Below are positions 27,915 through 36,491 of a stretch of DNA of 64,000 nt, piece after piece (positions within the stretch are counted from its first letter, which is position 1; every line of letters begins with the position of its first letter). Below the pieces are notes generated by a model that worked only from the letters and a program-made list of their open reading frames with translations, was not told the origin of the DNA and made no database searches. The position numbers and the translations under genes are program-made. The stretch is from an uncultured Verrucomicrobiae bacterium (GTDB lineage Bacteria; Verrucomicrobiota; Verrucomicrobiia; Chthoniobacterales; UBA10450), in assembly GCA_963801815.1 (NCBI GenBank), contig CAWDGJ010000003.1, positions 288,001 to 352,000 of the forward strand. Direction: 5' to 3'.

Positions 27915-28662
27915 GTCGATCCATCGCTTTTACATCTCCACCGACGATTGGAATCGTGACGCGCTGGTCTTGCGCGGGAGCGAAGCTCATCACGCCCGTG
28001 ACGTGCTGAGGATGAAACGCGGCGATCGCGTTGTTGTCTTCAACGGTCGCGGCCGCGAGACCACCGCGGAGATAGTCGAGCTCGCCCGCGACGAAGTTCA
28101 TCTTCGCACGTTACAGGCGAGCGAGTCGCCTCCGCTGCGATGCCGCATCACGCTTGGCCAGGCGATCCCGAAAGGGAAAAATATGGATCTGATCGTGCAA
28201 AAGGCAGTCGAGATTGGAGCGGCGGAGATTGCCCCGGTGATTTCCGAACGAACGATTGTCGATCTTGATGCGGAAGAAGCGGAGCAGAAACGTTTGAAGT
28301 GGCAACAGATCGCAATCGAAGCCGCGAAACAATGTGGTCAGAACTGGCTGCCAACGGTCCAAGTGCCGCGAAAGTTAAAGGATTTCTTCACCCAACACCA
28401 TGCGCAGGATCTTCGCCTGATTGGTTCGTTACAGCCAGACGCGCTCAATCTAAGACACATTCTGTCCGAATACCGCGAGCGACACGGTGATCGGCCGCAA
28501 AGCGTTTTGATGATGGTTGGACCAGAGGGCGACTTCACGCCGGCCGAGCTGGCATTGGCGAAAACCCACAGTTGCCGGCCGATCACGCTGGGTCCGATTA
28601 TTCTGCGCGTGGAGACCGCGGCCATTTACTGTTTAAGCGTTCTCTCCTATGAGTTGATGTGA
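27913..28662 (+). CDS. rsmE: 16S rRNA m3U1498 methyltransferase
   Basis: HHARDVLRM, QKAVEIG, EAAKQCG, VGPEGDF, LGPIILRVETAA. Confidence 0.96.
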   Translation: MSIHRFYISTDDWNRDALVLRGSEAHHARDVLRMKRGDRVVVFNGRGRETTAEIVELARDEVHLRTLQASESPPLRCRITLGQAIPKGKNMDLIVQKAVEIGAAEIAPVISERTIVDLDAEEAEQKRLKWQQIAIEAAKQCGQNWLPTVQVPRKLKDFFTQHHAQDLRLIGSLQPDALNLRHILSEYRERHGDRPQSVLMMVGPEGDFTPAELALAKTHSCRPITLGPIILRVETAAIYCLSVLSYELM

Positions 28663-28733
28663 ATTGGGTTGCGTTGTTTGTCACGGCACGGCGCTCGCGA
28701 AGGCGGATCTTACGAATTGATGTGGCGTCGTCG

Positions 28734-29192
28734 CTAGTAGATGTAGGGCTGCGCTAATTCAAAGGCGTCTTGAATCAAATCGCAACGCGGTTCGCCTTGT
28801 TCCGTCAACAACACTTCCACTACGTCGAAACGAAACACTACGTCCGGATTGTCGAGTAAACGCAACCAGGCGAGTCCACCTTTCGAGATTCGCAGTTGTT
28901 TTTGTCGATCGACTGCTTCAATCGGTCGCCCGAATTCGTTACCACTCCGGGTTTTGACTTCGACGAACACCAGCGTGTCGCCATCGCGGCAGACGACATC
29001 GATCTCTCCGCCGGCCCGCGACTTAAAATTACGGTAAAGAATTTTGTAGCCGTGACGTCGCAGAAAACGGCAGGCTTCTCGTTCACCGCGAAAGCCACGC
29101 CGGAGATGTTCAGGTAATTCCTTCGAGCGCGAGAAGCGGTTGCGCCACCGGCTCGAAAGAGCGGCGATGGATCGGACAGGGTCCAAATTCAT
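28734..29192 (-). CDS. yraN: YraN (UPF0102) family endonuclease-like protein
   Basis: [41 protein letters not shown]. Start uncertain; overlaps the rnhB 3' end. Confidence 0.9.
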   Translation of the reverse strand: MNLDPVRSIAALSSRWRNRFSRSKELPEHLRRGFRGEREACRFLRRHGYKILYRNFKSRAGGEIDVVCRDGDTLVFVEVKTRSGNEFGRPIEAVDRQKQLRISKGGLAWLRLLDNPDVVFRFDVVEVLLTEQGEPRCDLIQDAFELAQPYIY

Positions 29193-29748
29193 GAAGTCTG
29201 GAGAGATGCAGTTCGGTGCTGTAGCCCTTGTGCTGGTCAAAACAATATTCGGGAAACTGCGCACAGAAGTCACGCATGATTCGGTCGCGGGTGACTTTCG
29301 CGATCACGCTCGCGGCCGCGATCGTCAAACTGTAGCAATCGCCGTCGATGATCGCGGTTTGCGGGAAGGGAAAAGGAAAAACGGGAAGACCGTCGATCAG
29401 GACATGTTCCGGCGGAATCGCGAGCGGCCGAGCGCGATTCGCATTGCTTCGTGCGACGCGCGCAAGATGTTGATCCGGTCGATCTCAAGATGATCAACAA
29501 CGCCCGACGCTCCACGCGATCTCGGAATTCGAAACGAGCTCGTCGTAGATTTTTTCGCGCAGCTCGGGCGCGAGCTGCTTGGAGTCGTTCAGTTTGCGGT
29601 GGCGAAATTTCTCCGGCAATACGACCGCGGCTGCGACGACAGGCCCGGCCAGCGCGCCGCGGCCAGCTTCATCAACACCGGCGATGCGAACGACTCCGGT
29701 TGCGCGCAATTTCTTTTCGTACCGAAATCCGCAACGCCGATAGGCCAT
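29110..29748 (-). pseudogene. rnhB: Ribonuclease HII with two compensating indels (probably sequence error)
   Basis: [19 protein letters not shown] and DSKQL. After removing one G near 29503: [20 protein letters not shown]. After restoring one base near 29428: HVLIDG...[31 protein letters not shown]. Confidence 0.9.
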
Positions 29749-29753
29749 CGGCC

Positions 29754-29828
29754 CGAAAATACTGAAATGCTGAAATGCTGAAAGCTGAAATTATTTCAGA
29801 CTTTCAGTTTTCCGTGTTTCAGCGTTTC
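29754..29828. repeat. Inverted 7/8-mer array element, CTGAAATG family
   Basis: CTGAAATG CTGAAATG CTGAAAG CTGAAAT - ATTTCAG ACTTTCAG TTTTCCG TGTTTCAG CGTTTC, between rplS and rnhB. Confidence 0.9.
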
Positions 29829-29838
29829 GTTCGCGAGG

Positions 29839-30178
29839 TTACTCGCGAACAGTGGTAGCTTCTTTGCCTTTGCGGCGGCGCAGGTAATTCAGTCTTGCGC
29901 GACGGGCTTTGCCTTCGGTTTCGATCTCGATCTTTGGCGATGCGGGGCGAGTTGACTGGAAAAACACGTTCGACGCCTTCGCCGTAGGAAATGCGGCGCA
30001 CGGTAAACGTTTCGTTTAAACCGCGACCTTTGCGCCCGATCACGATTCCGGAAAACATTTGGATTCGTTCCTTATCTCCCTCGACCACGCGAGTATGCAC
30101 CCGGACGCTGTCGCCAACCTTAAACTTGGTGCCGTCCTTCTGTTGCTCTTTTTCGATGATATCGATGATGCGATTCAT
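29839..30178 (-). CDS. rplS: 50S ribosomal protein L19 (one extra base near 29934 breaks the frame)
   Basis: [43 protein letters not shown]. Deleting one A in GCC AAA G restores [24 protein letters not shown]...stop at 29839. Confidence 0.95.
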
Positions 30179-30196
30179 AAAATTCGAACTGGAGGG

Positions 30197-30226
30197 CCTG
30201 CCCGCCGTAGCCTTGGCGGAGGCGGG
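30197..30226. repeat. 30-bp palindromic element upstream of rplS
   Basis: CCTGCCCGCCGTAGCCTTGGCGGAGGCGGG (CCCGCC...GGCGGG stem); 26/30 identical copy at 41111-41140. Confidence 0.75.
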
Positions 30227-30274
30227 CGTTCACGATGGCTCAATCGACGGAAAATGCAAGCGTCGTCAGGTGAA

Positions 30275-30356
30275 AATTTAGTGATTTAAGGAGTCAGTGA
30301 TTTAGCGAATAAAAGTCAGAAATCGTTAAATCTCTAAATCGCTAAATTACTAAACT
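30275..30356. repeat. Inverted octamer-array element, GATTTAGY family
   Basis: AATTTAGT GATTTAAG GAGTCAGT GATTTAGC GA - AAATCGTT AAATCTCT AAATCGCT AAATTACT AAACT. Confidence 0.9.
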
Positions 30357-30377
30357 TGGCTATCTTCCGCTCTCTTC

Positions 30378-30451
<74 letters not shown>

Positions 30452-30457
30452 GTGGGC

Positions 30458-30784
30458 CTAGGCAAGCGCTTCCAGCCGGCTGAGCAAATCTTTTTTGCTC
30501 GTCATGCCGGTGACCTGGTCCCGCAGCTGGCCATTCTTAAAAAAGAGCAGCGAGGGAATCGCCCGGATGTTGTACTTGAAAGAAAGACTCTGGTTTTCGT
30601 CCACGTTCACCTTAGCAACTTTAACCGAGTCAGCCTTTTCGCGCGCGATTTCATCCAGCAGAGGGGCGATCAGTTTGCACGGTCCGCACCATTCCGCCCA
30701 AAAATCCACCAGCACGGGTTTATCGCTGTTGATTTCACGATCAAAGTTTGATTCGTCCAGTTTAATTGTCCCTGAGTTATCCAT
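30458..30784 (-). CDS. trxA: Thioredoxin
   Basis: VLVDFWAEWCGPCK, VNVDEN, IPSLLFFKNG. Confidence 0.97.
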   Translation of the reverse strand: MDNSGTIKLDESNFDREINSDKPVLVDFWAEWCGPCKLIAPLLDEIAREKADSVKVAKVNVDENQSLSFKYNIRAIPSLLFFKNGQLRDQVTGMTSKKDLLSRLEALA

Positions 30785-30788
30785 GGCT

Positions 30789-30980
30789 TTAGGAAAGATA
30801 ATTCCAAATCTGTAAAATTAAAATCGCAGCGGCCGCGGTGAGCAAGCCCCAGCAAAGTGGCATCGGTATTTCATTGGGCGCGAGTGCCTGCCGTGGTGGC
30901 GTGACCGTGATTTTGGCGGCCGGTGGCGAGAAAGCCATAATGGGTGGTGTCTCTTTGTCGGTATGGCTTGAGTCTGTCAT
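30789..30980 (-). CDS. Small membrane protein
   Basis: C-terminal TM LCWGLLTAAAAILILQIW; 4 nt upstream of trxA, same strand. Confidence 0.6.
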   Translation of the reverse strand: MTDSSHTDKETPPIMAFSPPAAKITVTPPRQALAPNEIPMPLCWGLLTAAAAILILQIWNYLS

Positions 30981-31065
30981 TTGGGGGGCACGTAGGATTT
31001 TGCCCGACGGAGGCGGGTCTTGTCACCTCTGAAATTAAAAAATGACGCAAGAATTCTGCGCGAAC

Positions 31066-32499
31066 TTATGCCAGCAAGTCGTAGCCGCGTGCACCGATGA
31101 TACGTTTGGCCACAAATTGACCCACCGGCTCCGGCTTGGTGAGAATCACGCGCGCGTCCACGTCCGGTGCATCTGCCTCAGTTCTCGCGACCAGCGGTTG
31201 ATCGACCAGCACTTTCAAATCGCGTCCAATCTTCTGCAGCGCGTTTTGGTGCGCTATCTTTTGCTGGGCCGACATGGCCGCGCGGTGCCGTGCGTTTTTT
31301 ATCTTCGCTGGAACTTGTCCCGGCAACTTTGCGGCGCGGGAGCCGTCTTCGCGCGAATATTTGAAAACGCCGAGCCGGTCGAAGCGAACTCGGCCAATGA
31401 ATTCAAGCAGTGACTCAAATTCATCCTCCGTTTCACCGGGAAAGCCGACGATGAATGTTGTTCGCAAGGCGACGCCGGGAATGCCAGCGCGAAGCTTATC
31501 GATCAAATTCTCGATGTGCTGGCGCGACGTTTCCCGCCGCATCCGGTGCAGCATCGATTCATGAATGTGCTGAAGCGGGATGTCGATGTAACGCGCCACT
31601 TTATCGCAAGCCGCGATAGTTTGGATCAGTTCCTCGCTCCAATGCGCCGGATGTGTGTAGAGCAGCCGGACCCAAAAATCGCCGTCAATCTTTTGAATTT
31701 CGTGCAGCAAACGTGACAGCGTTGGACCGCGCGATGAGTCGACCGGCTGGCGTGGCCCGGCTTTTTCCGTCCACAAATCCATTCCGTAATAGGTCGTGTC
31801 CTGGCTAATTAGATTGAATTCGCGAACGCCTTCCGCGACGAGACCGCGAATCTCGGCGACCACGGATTCCATCGTTCGGCTGCGGTGTTTGCCGCGCATT
31901 TGTGGGATGACGCAGAACGTGCACGGGTGATTGCAGCCTTCGGCGATCTTTACATAGGCGGAATGCGCTGGGGTAAGTCGGAAGCGCGGGGTGTCGTAAT
32001 CAGGAATGTAAGTCGGCCGCGTTTTAGCGAAGCCAAAGTTGACATCTTCATTGGCCATGACTTTCTCAACGATCGCGCCAAGCTCTTTCACGTCATCGAG
32101 ACCAATGAAGGCATCGACTTCGGGCATTTCCTGGTGCAATTCGTGCGCAAAACGCTGCGACATGCAGCCGCTCACGATCAATCTTTGACCGGGCCGCTTG
32201 TTCAAACCCCGCGCCTGGTGCGCGGAGAGGATCGCATCAATTGATTCCTCCTTAGCCGAATCGATGAACGCGCATGTGTTCACGACGAGGACATCTGCCT
32301 CGTCGGCCCATGACGTGATCTCCATTCCGCGCTCCAAGACACTTCCGAGCATAATCTCGGCATCTACCAGATTTTTGGCGCAGCCGAGACTGATCATGCC
32401 AACTTTGGGCCTGTAGGGGACGCTGCTAGCGTCCCGCGTTGGCGTTGTAAAAGGGAAGCTGACAGCTTCCCCTACAGAAGGTTCGGGTTTTGGGCTCAC
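31066..32499 (-). CDS. rimO: Ribosomal protein S12 methylthiotransferase
   Basis: SLGCAKNLVDAE, NTCAFI, AYVKIAEGCNHPCTFC, RLLYTHP, DIPLQH, FIVGFPGET, DAPDVD. Confidence 0.96.
   Translation of the reverse strand: MSPKPEPSVGEAVSFPFTTPTRDASSVPYRPKVGMISLGCAKNLVDAEIMLGSVLERGMEITSWADEADVLVVNTCAFIDSAKEESIDAILSAHQARGLNKRPGQRLIVSGCMSQRFAHELHQEMPEVDAFIGLDDVKELGAIVEKVMANEDVNFGFAKTRPTYIPDYDTPRFRLTPAHSAYVKIAEGCNHPCTFCVIPQMRGKHRSRTMESVVAEIRGLVAEGVREFNLISQDTTYYGMDLWTEKAGPRQPVDSSRGPTLSRLLHEIQKIDGDFWVRLLYTHPAHWSEELIQTIAACDKVARYIDIPLQHIHESMLHRMRRETSRQHIENLIDKLRAGIPGVALRTTFIVGFPGETEDEFESLLEFIGRVRFDRLGVFKYSREDGSRAAKLPGQVPAKIKNARHRAAMSAQQKIAHQNALQKIGRDLKVLVDQPLVARTEADAPDVDARVILTKPEPVGQFVAKRIIGARGYDLLA
32411..32477. 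repeat. GTAG-type REP doublet (REPIN-like) inside the rimO 5' coding region
   Basis: CTGTAG GGGACGCT GCT AGCGTCCC - 17 nt - GGGAAGCT GAC AGCTTCCC CTACAG. Confidence 0.85.
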
Positions 32500-32504
32500 G
32501 CGAT

Positions 32505-33644
32505 TTACTCTACGGTGACATCTTCATCGTCACCGCTGATCGGTTTTCCGTTTTTCGTAATTCGAATGGCGTCGCGATCCAGCACTCGGACCGCGATCTT
32601 TTGTCCGCGAAATTCGACGGTTCCGTCGGAAGGAGAGATCCAGCGTTCGAATGCCGGTTGCGACGAGCCGTTATCCACCACCACCTTGATATACGTTTTC
32701 TTGAGCGGCTTGATGGCAACCTGATTTGGACCTTGCGCCTCCGTCGACTTTTGCGGCGACTCGGCTTTAGCTAAGTCCTCCGCTCGCACCGGCTCAGCCC
32801 GCCGAACTTCGGGTTCCTTCGTCGGCGCAATGCCCGCCTTCACCTCCGGGTTCGCAATGCTCGTCTTCGCCGCTGGGTTCGCATTCGCAAAAGCCGGCAC
32901 AAAGGCTTCCGGTATCGGGATCGACGGCGCCGGCGTTGAAACCGGCGGAGCAGGTTTCTTTGTCGCTTCGACGACTGCTACCGCAGCCTGCGAAGGCGCC
33001 CGTGATGGCGCCTGTGCTACAGGCGAAGGCGCGTGCGATGAAGCCTGCGCTACGGGAGAGGGTATGTGCGATGGGGCTTGTGCAATCGGCGCGGCTGGCG
33101 CTTGAACCGTCTGAGGCACTTGCGGCGCAGCGGTCTGTTGTGTTGGAACTCGCGCTTGTGCCGACTCGGACGATGTCGGCTGCGGAACGCCAATCATTTG
33201 ATGCGAGCCTAGCCGCTGAATCTTCATGATGAATTGCATCAAGACGAAGCCAGCGATGATGACGCCGATTGCGACCAATATTGGAAAAGGCGAAGAGCGA
33301 TTCCGCGTTCGCGGAGCGCGTACTGCAGCCGACGGGCGCGTTGGGCGAACGCGCCGCGGCTTCGGCGCCGGCTGATCTTGCAGGTAGGAATAACCGTCTA
33401 CCGTAACTTGTTGCGATGTCTCGAACGCATCCAGGTACGGCGTAACATCGACGTCGAGAAACTTTCCGTAAATCAACAGAAAGCCTTTGGCGTAGGCGAG
33501 ACTCGGGAATTGTGAAAAATCGTCAGCTTCAATTTCCGCGAGACGCGACGGCCGAATTTTCGTCAGCCGCGCGGCCTCGTCGAGGGTGAGGCCGCGAGCG
33601 ATTCGCGCGTCTTGAAATTTCTTGCCGAGACCTTCAATTGTCAT
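32505..33644 (-). CDS. RodZ-like HTH_25 membrane protein
   Basis: LGKKFQDARIARGLTL..TKIR..LAEIEADDF..YAKGFL.YGKFL, TM segment, Pro/Ala linker, C-terminal beta domain; between ftsK and rimO. Confidence 0.85.
   Translation of the reverse strand: MTIEGLGKKFQDARIARGLTLDEAARLTKIRPSRLAEIEADDFSQFPSLAYAKGFLLIYGKFLDVDVTPYLDAFETSQQVTVDGYSYLQDQPAPKPRRVRPTRPSAAVRAPRTRNRSSPFPILVAIGVIIAGFVLMQFIMKIQRLGSHQMIGVPQPTSSESAQARVPTQQTAAPQVPQTVQAPAAPIAQAPSHIPSPVAQASSHAPSPVAQAPSRAPSQAAVAVVEATKKPAPPVSTPAPSIPIPEAFVPAFANANPAAKTSIANPEVKAGIAPTKEPEVRRAEPVRAEDLAKAESPQKSTEAQGPNQVAIKPLKKTYIKVVVDNGSSQPAFERWISPSDGTVEFRGQKIAVRVLDRDAIRITKNGKPISGDDEDVTVE
32991..33089. repeat. Three in-frame 33-bp tandem repeats in the RodZ linker
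   Basis: Encodes PIAQAPSHIPS / PVAQASSHAPS / PVAQAPSRAPS. Confidence 0.8.
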
Positions 33645-33658
33645 GACGGATTTGCCGG

Positions 33659-36073
33659 TTAAACAGCGGCGTCGAGATCGACCAGGATCTCTCGCGGTTT
33701 GGCGCCTTCGCCGGGACCCAAAATACCGCGCTGCTCCAGAATATCAACGATGCGCGCGGCCCGCGTGTAGCCTAACCGCAAGCGCCTTTGCAGGAGCGAC
33801 GTGGACGCGCGTTTTTCCTGGCGGATGATCTCCAAACACTTCTCCACGAGCTCTTCGTCCTCTTCACTCACTTCGTCGTCTGTCGAACTCGATGTCGCCT
33901 GAAGTTTTTCATGCATCGCGGGATCGAACGTCGGCCTGCCTTGGGCCGAGACGAACTCCACCAAGCGCCGAATTTCTTCATCGGTCACGAGTACGCCTTG
34001 GGCGCGGATCAATCGCGACGCGCTTGGTGGGAGATAAAGCATGTCGCCCTGGCCTAACAAACGGTCCGCGCCGTTTTCATCGAGAATCACACGACTGTCG
34101 ATCTTGCTTGCGACCTGGAACGCGATCCGGCTCGGAATATTCGCCTTGATCACGCCGGTGATCACGTCCGCGCGCGGTGTTTGCGTGGCCACAATTAAAT
34201 GGATGCCCGCCGCGCGCGCCATCTGGGTGATGCGCGCGATGGCGCCCTCAACATCCGCCGGTGCGGTTTGCATGAGATCCGCTAATTCATCGATCACGAC
34301 CAGGACGTATGGAATTTTTTCCGGGATCGGCGTTTCGTCCTCGCGCGGAACTTTGATTTCACCCGTATCCTGACCGGGAGTTTCACCCATTTCCGCAGCG
34401 GTTTTCTTTTTCGGGCGCGCGTTGAAGCTGATGATGTTTCGCACACCGACCCGCGCGAACATCTTGTATCGACGCTCCATTTCGTCGATCAACCAACGGA
34501 GCGCGAGCAACACTTTCTTGGGGTCGGTCACGACTGGAAACGCGAGGTGTGGCAGCGCGTTGTAATGCTGCAGTTCCACAACTTTCGGGTCGATCATGAT
34601 AAAACGCAGCTCTTCCGGCGTGAATCGGAACAGCACGCTGGCCACAAGCGCATTTATACAGACGCTCTTGCCTGCGCCCGTCGTGCCGGCCACGAGCAAA
34701 TGCGGCATCTGAGCGAGATCAGCGATAATCGCTTTCCCGTAAACGTCCTTGCCGAGCGCCAGCGGAACTTTGCAGCGGCCTTTCGCTTCTTCCCAATCGC
34801 CGGATTCGAGCAGCTCGCGCAACGTCACAGTGACCTTGCGCGTGTTTGCCAGTTCAATACCGACGGTGTCTTTGCCGGGAATCGGCGCCAGAATGTTGAT
34901 ACGCTCGGCGCGCGTTGCCCGCGCGAGATCGCGTTCCAGACTCACGATTTTGTCCACCCGCACGCCTTTCGCCGGATACACTTCGTAGCGCGTTATGGTC
35001 GGCCCTTTGGTGATGTCGCCCGGAGCGACGGCGATTCCGAATTGTCCGAGTGTGTCGATCAGTGTTTGCTGAACACGTTGCAATTCGCCCGGATCCGCGC
35101 CGCCTCGCCCTTCGGGATCGTGTTCGTTCAATAAATCGAGCCCGGGCAACGCATAATTTTTTCCATCCCAGGCGCGACTGGTTAGGCCGGTGGGGGCGGA
35201 TGTCGATCTTCCCACAGATCCCGAGCCCCGCAATTCCGCCAGAGACGGCTTCTTGCGCGCGGTGACTGGCTCTCCCGGGAGCGCGGTGGTGTCGACAACT
35301 TTCGGCGCCGGACGGCCCGCCAATTCTTCCGGCGAAATAAATGTCGCGGCCGGTTTCGGAACGGGAGCACCCAACTTCTTGAGCCGCTTTTCTACCGAAC
35401 GCTGCTCTTTTGCCTTCTCCTTTTTTTGGATTTCGAGCTGGCCCTTGATGTCGGCCTTCCGGAGTTTTCGAGTCAATCGCCATTGATAAAGGCTCGCGAA
35501 CGCGCCGCGCGTGCCGGAAACCGTTTGCTGCACGAGATAAATTGGTCGCAGTCCGGTCATCAAAATCAGGCTCGCGGCGTAAATTGCACTAAGCAGAATG
35601 ATTGAGCCGACTTTGCCCATCGAAGTGAGCAGGAGCGTTTTTCCAAAAACGTAGCCGACCCAACCGCCGGACCCGGGAATGTTAAAAGCGTGTTTCCAAC
35701 CCGTGAGGTGTTGTGTTTGAAGTTGGAGAAGACACGCACCTGATGCGATGAAGAGAATAGTCCACGGCAAGCGGGTGAATAGCCGCAAGCTTGCGTGAAA
35801 TAGTTTCATTGCTCCGAAGAAGAGGAGAACGCCCGCGAGTAAGTACGACGCTGCACCTATCAAATAATAAAAGACGCTCGCGAGAATGGCGCCAAAGGGC
35901 CCGATAAAGTTTTGGGCTGGTCGATTTGGCGGGGAAAGGTAACTCCACGGTATCCAGCCCGGCAGATCCTTTGGGTTGTAGGAAATCAACGCGAGGAAAA
36001 GCAGAGTCCCGACGCCGAGTAAAATTATGGCGACGACTTCGTTCCAGGCACTGTTCTTTGAGCTGCGGGACAC
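33659..36073 (-). CDS. ftsK: DNA translocase FtsK/SpoIIIE
   Basis: N-terminal TMs, GPTITRYE, PHLLVAGTTGAGKS, IDPK, IDELADLM, RAAGIHL, gamma domain STSLLQRRLRLGYTRAARIVD. Confidence 0.97.
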   Translation of the reverse strand: MSRSSKNSAWNEVVAIILLGVGTLLFLALISYNPKDLPGWIPWSYLSPPNRPAQNFIGPFGAILASVFYYLIGAASYLLAGVLLFFGAMKLFHASLRLFTRLPWTILFIASGACLLQLQTQHLTGWKHAFNIPGSGGWVGYVFGKTLLLTSMGKVGSIILLSAIYAASLILMTGLRPIYLVQQTVSGTRGAFASLYQWRLTRKLRKADIKGQLEIQKKEKAKEQRSVEKRLKKLGAPVPKPAATFISPEELAGRPAPKVVDTTALPGEPVTARKKPSLAELRGSGSVGRSTSAPTGLTSRAWDGKNYALPGLDLLNEHDPEGRGGADPGELQRVQQTLIDTLGQFGIAVAPGDITKGPTITRYEVYPAKGVRVDKIVSLERDLARATRAERINILAPIPGKDTVGIELANTRKVTVTLRELLESGDWEEAKGRCKVPLALGKDVYGKAIIADLAQMPHLLVAGTTGAGKSVCINALVASVLFRFTPEELRFIMIDPKVVELQHYNALPHLAFPVVTDPKKVLLALRWLIDEMERRYKMFARVGVRNIISFNARPKKKTAAEMGETPGQDTGEIKVPREDETPIPEKIPYVLVVIDELADLMQTAPADVEGAIARITQMARAAGIHLIVATQTPRADVITGVIKANIPSRIAFQVASKIDSRVILDENGADRLLGQGDMLYLPPSASRLIRAQGVLVTDEEIRRLVEFVSAQGRPTFDPAMHEKLQATSSSTDDEVSEEDEELVEKCLEIIRQEKRASTSLLQRRLRLGYTRAARIVDILEQRGILGPGEGAKPREILVDLDAAV

Positions 36074-36122
36074 CGGCGATCGCTCATACTAATGCTGCAT
36101 GCGCGGCGTTTATCAACAAACT

Positions 36123-36181
36123 CTCTTGCTCGTGCTCTTACTCTTGATCTCGATCCAAAGAGCATGAGCAAGACGAAGAGC
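36123..36181. repeat. Inverted hexamer-array element, CTCTTG family
   Basis: CTCTTG CTCGTG CTCTTA CTCTTG ATCTCG ATC - AAGAGC ATGAGC AAGACG AAGAGC. Confidence 0.8.
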
Positions 36182-36236
36182 CTGACGCTTTCATCTTGCG
36201 TGACCTGCACCCGCGCCTTTACTGTCCGAGCGCATT

Positions 36237-36479
36237 ATGCATTTTGGTGTTCGCGAAATGGTCGCCACGATCTCTGCCGCTGCTCTGATTTTCTTCTGTT
36301 CCTGCGAGAAACATCGCATCGGCGAAGATCCGGAAGTTCAGAAGGAACATGTCGATGAAGCGAAAGGCGGCGGCGACGAGGAGAATGCTTCCGGGTCAAG
36401 CAGGGCGGAGGCTACTGAAAACGCGACGCCAAATCGTACGCCGGCCGAATTTTTCCCGAAAACTACGCCTTCGCCTTAA
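36237..36479 (+). CDS. Small lipoprotein
   Basis: Hydrophobic stretch ending FFCSC, then an acidic disordered tail; start may be ATG 36258. Confidence 0.65.
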   Translation: MHFGVREMVATISAAALIFFCSCEKHRIGEDPEVQKEHVDEAKGGGDEENASGSSRAEATENATPNRTPAEFFPKTTPSP

Positions 36480-36491
36480 GGAGAACTCTTT

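Noticed and set aside
29925..29945. Programmed ribosomal frameshift in rplS
   Set aside because: No X XXY YYZ slippery heptamer, and neighbouring indels in rnhB point to consensus error.
30197..30226. L19 autoregulatory leader RNA
   Set aside because: A near-identical copy inside an unrelated CDS favours a dispersed repeat, though co-option cannot be excluded.
29754..30356. Periodic repeats as a possible CRISPR array
   Set aside because: Units are 6-8 bp, contiguous and degenerate, with no 23-50 bp repeats separated by unique spacers and no cas genes.
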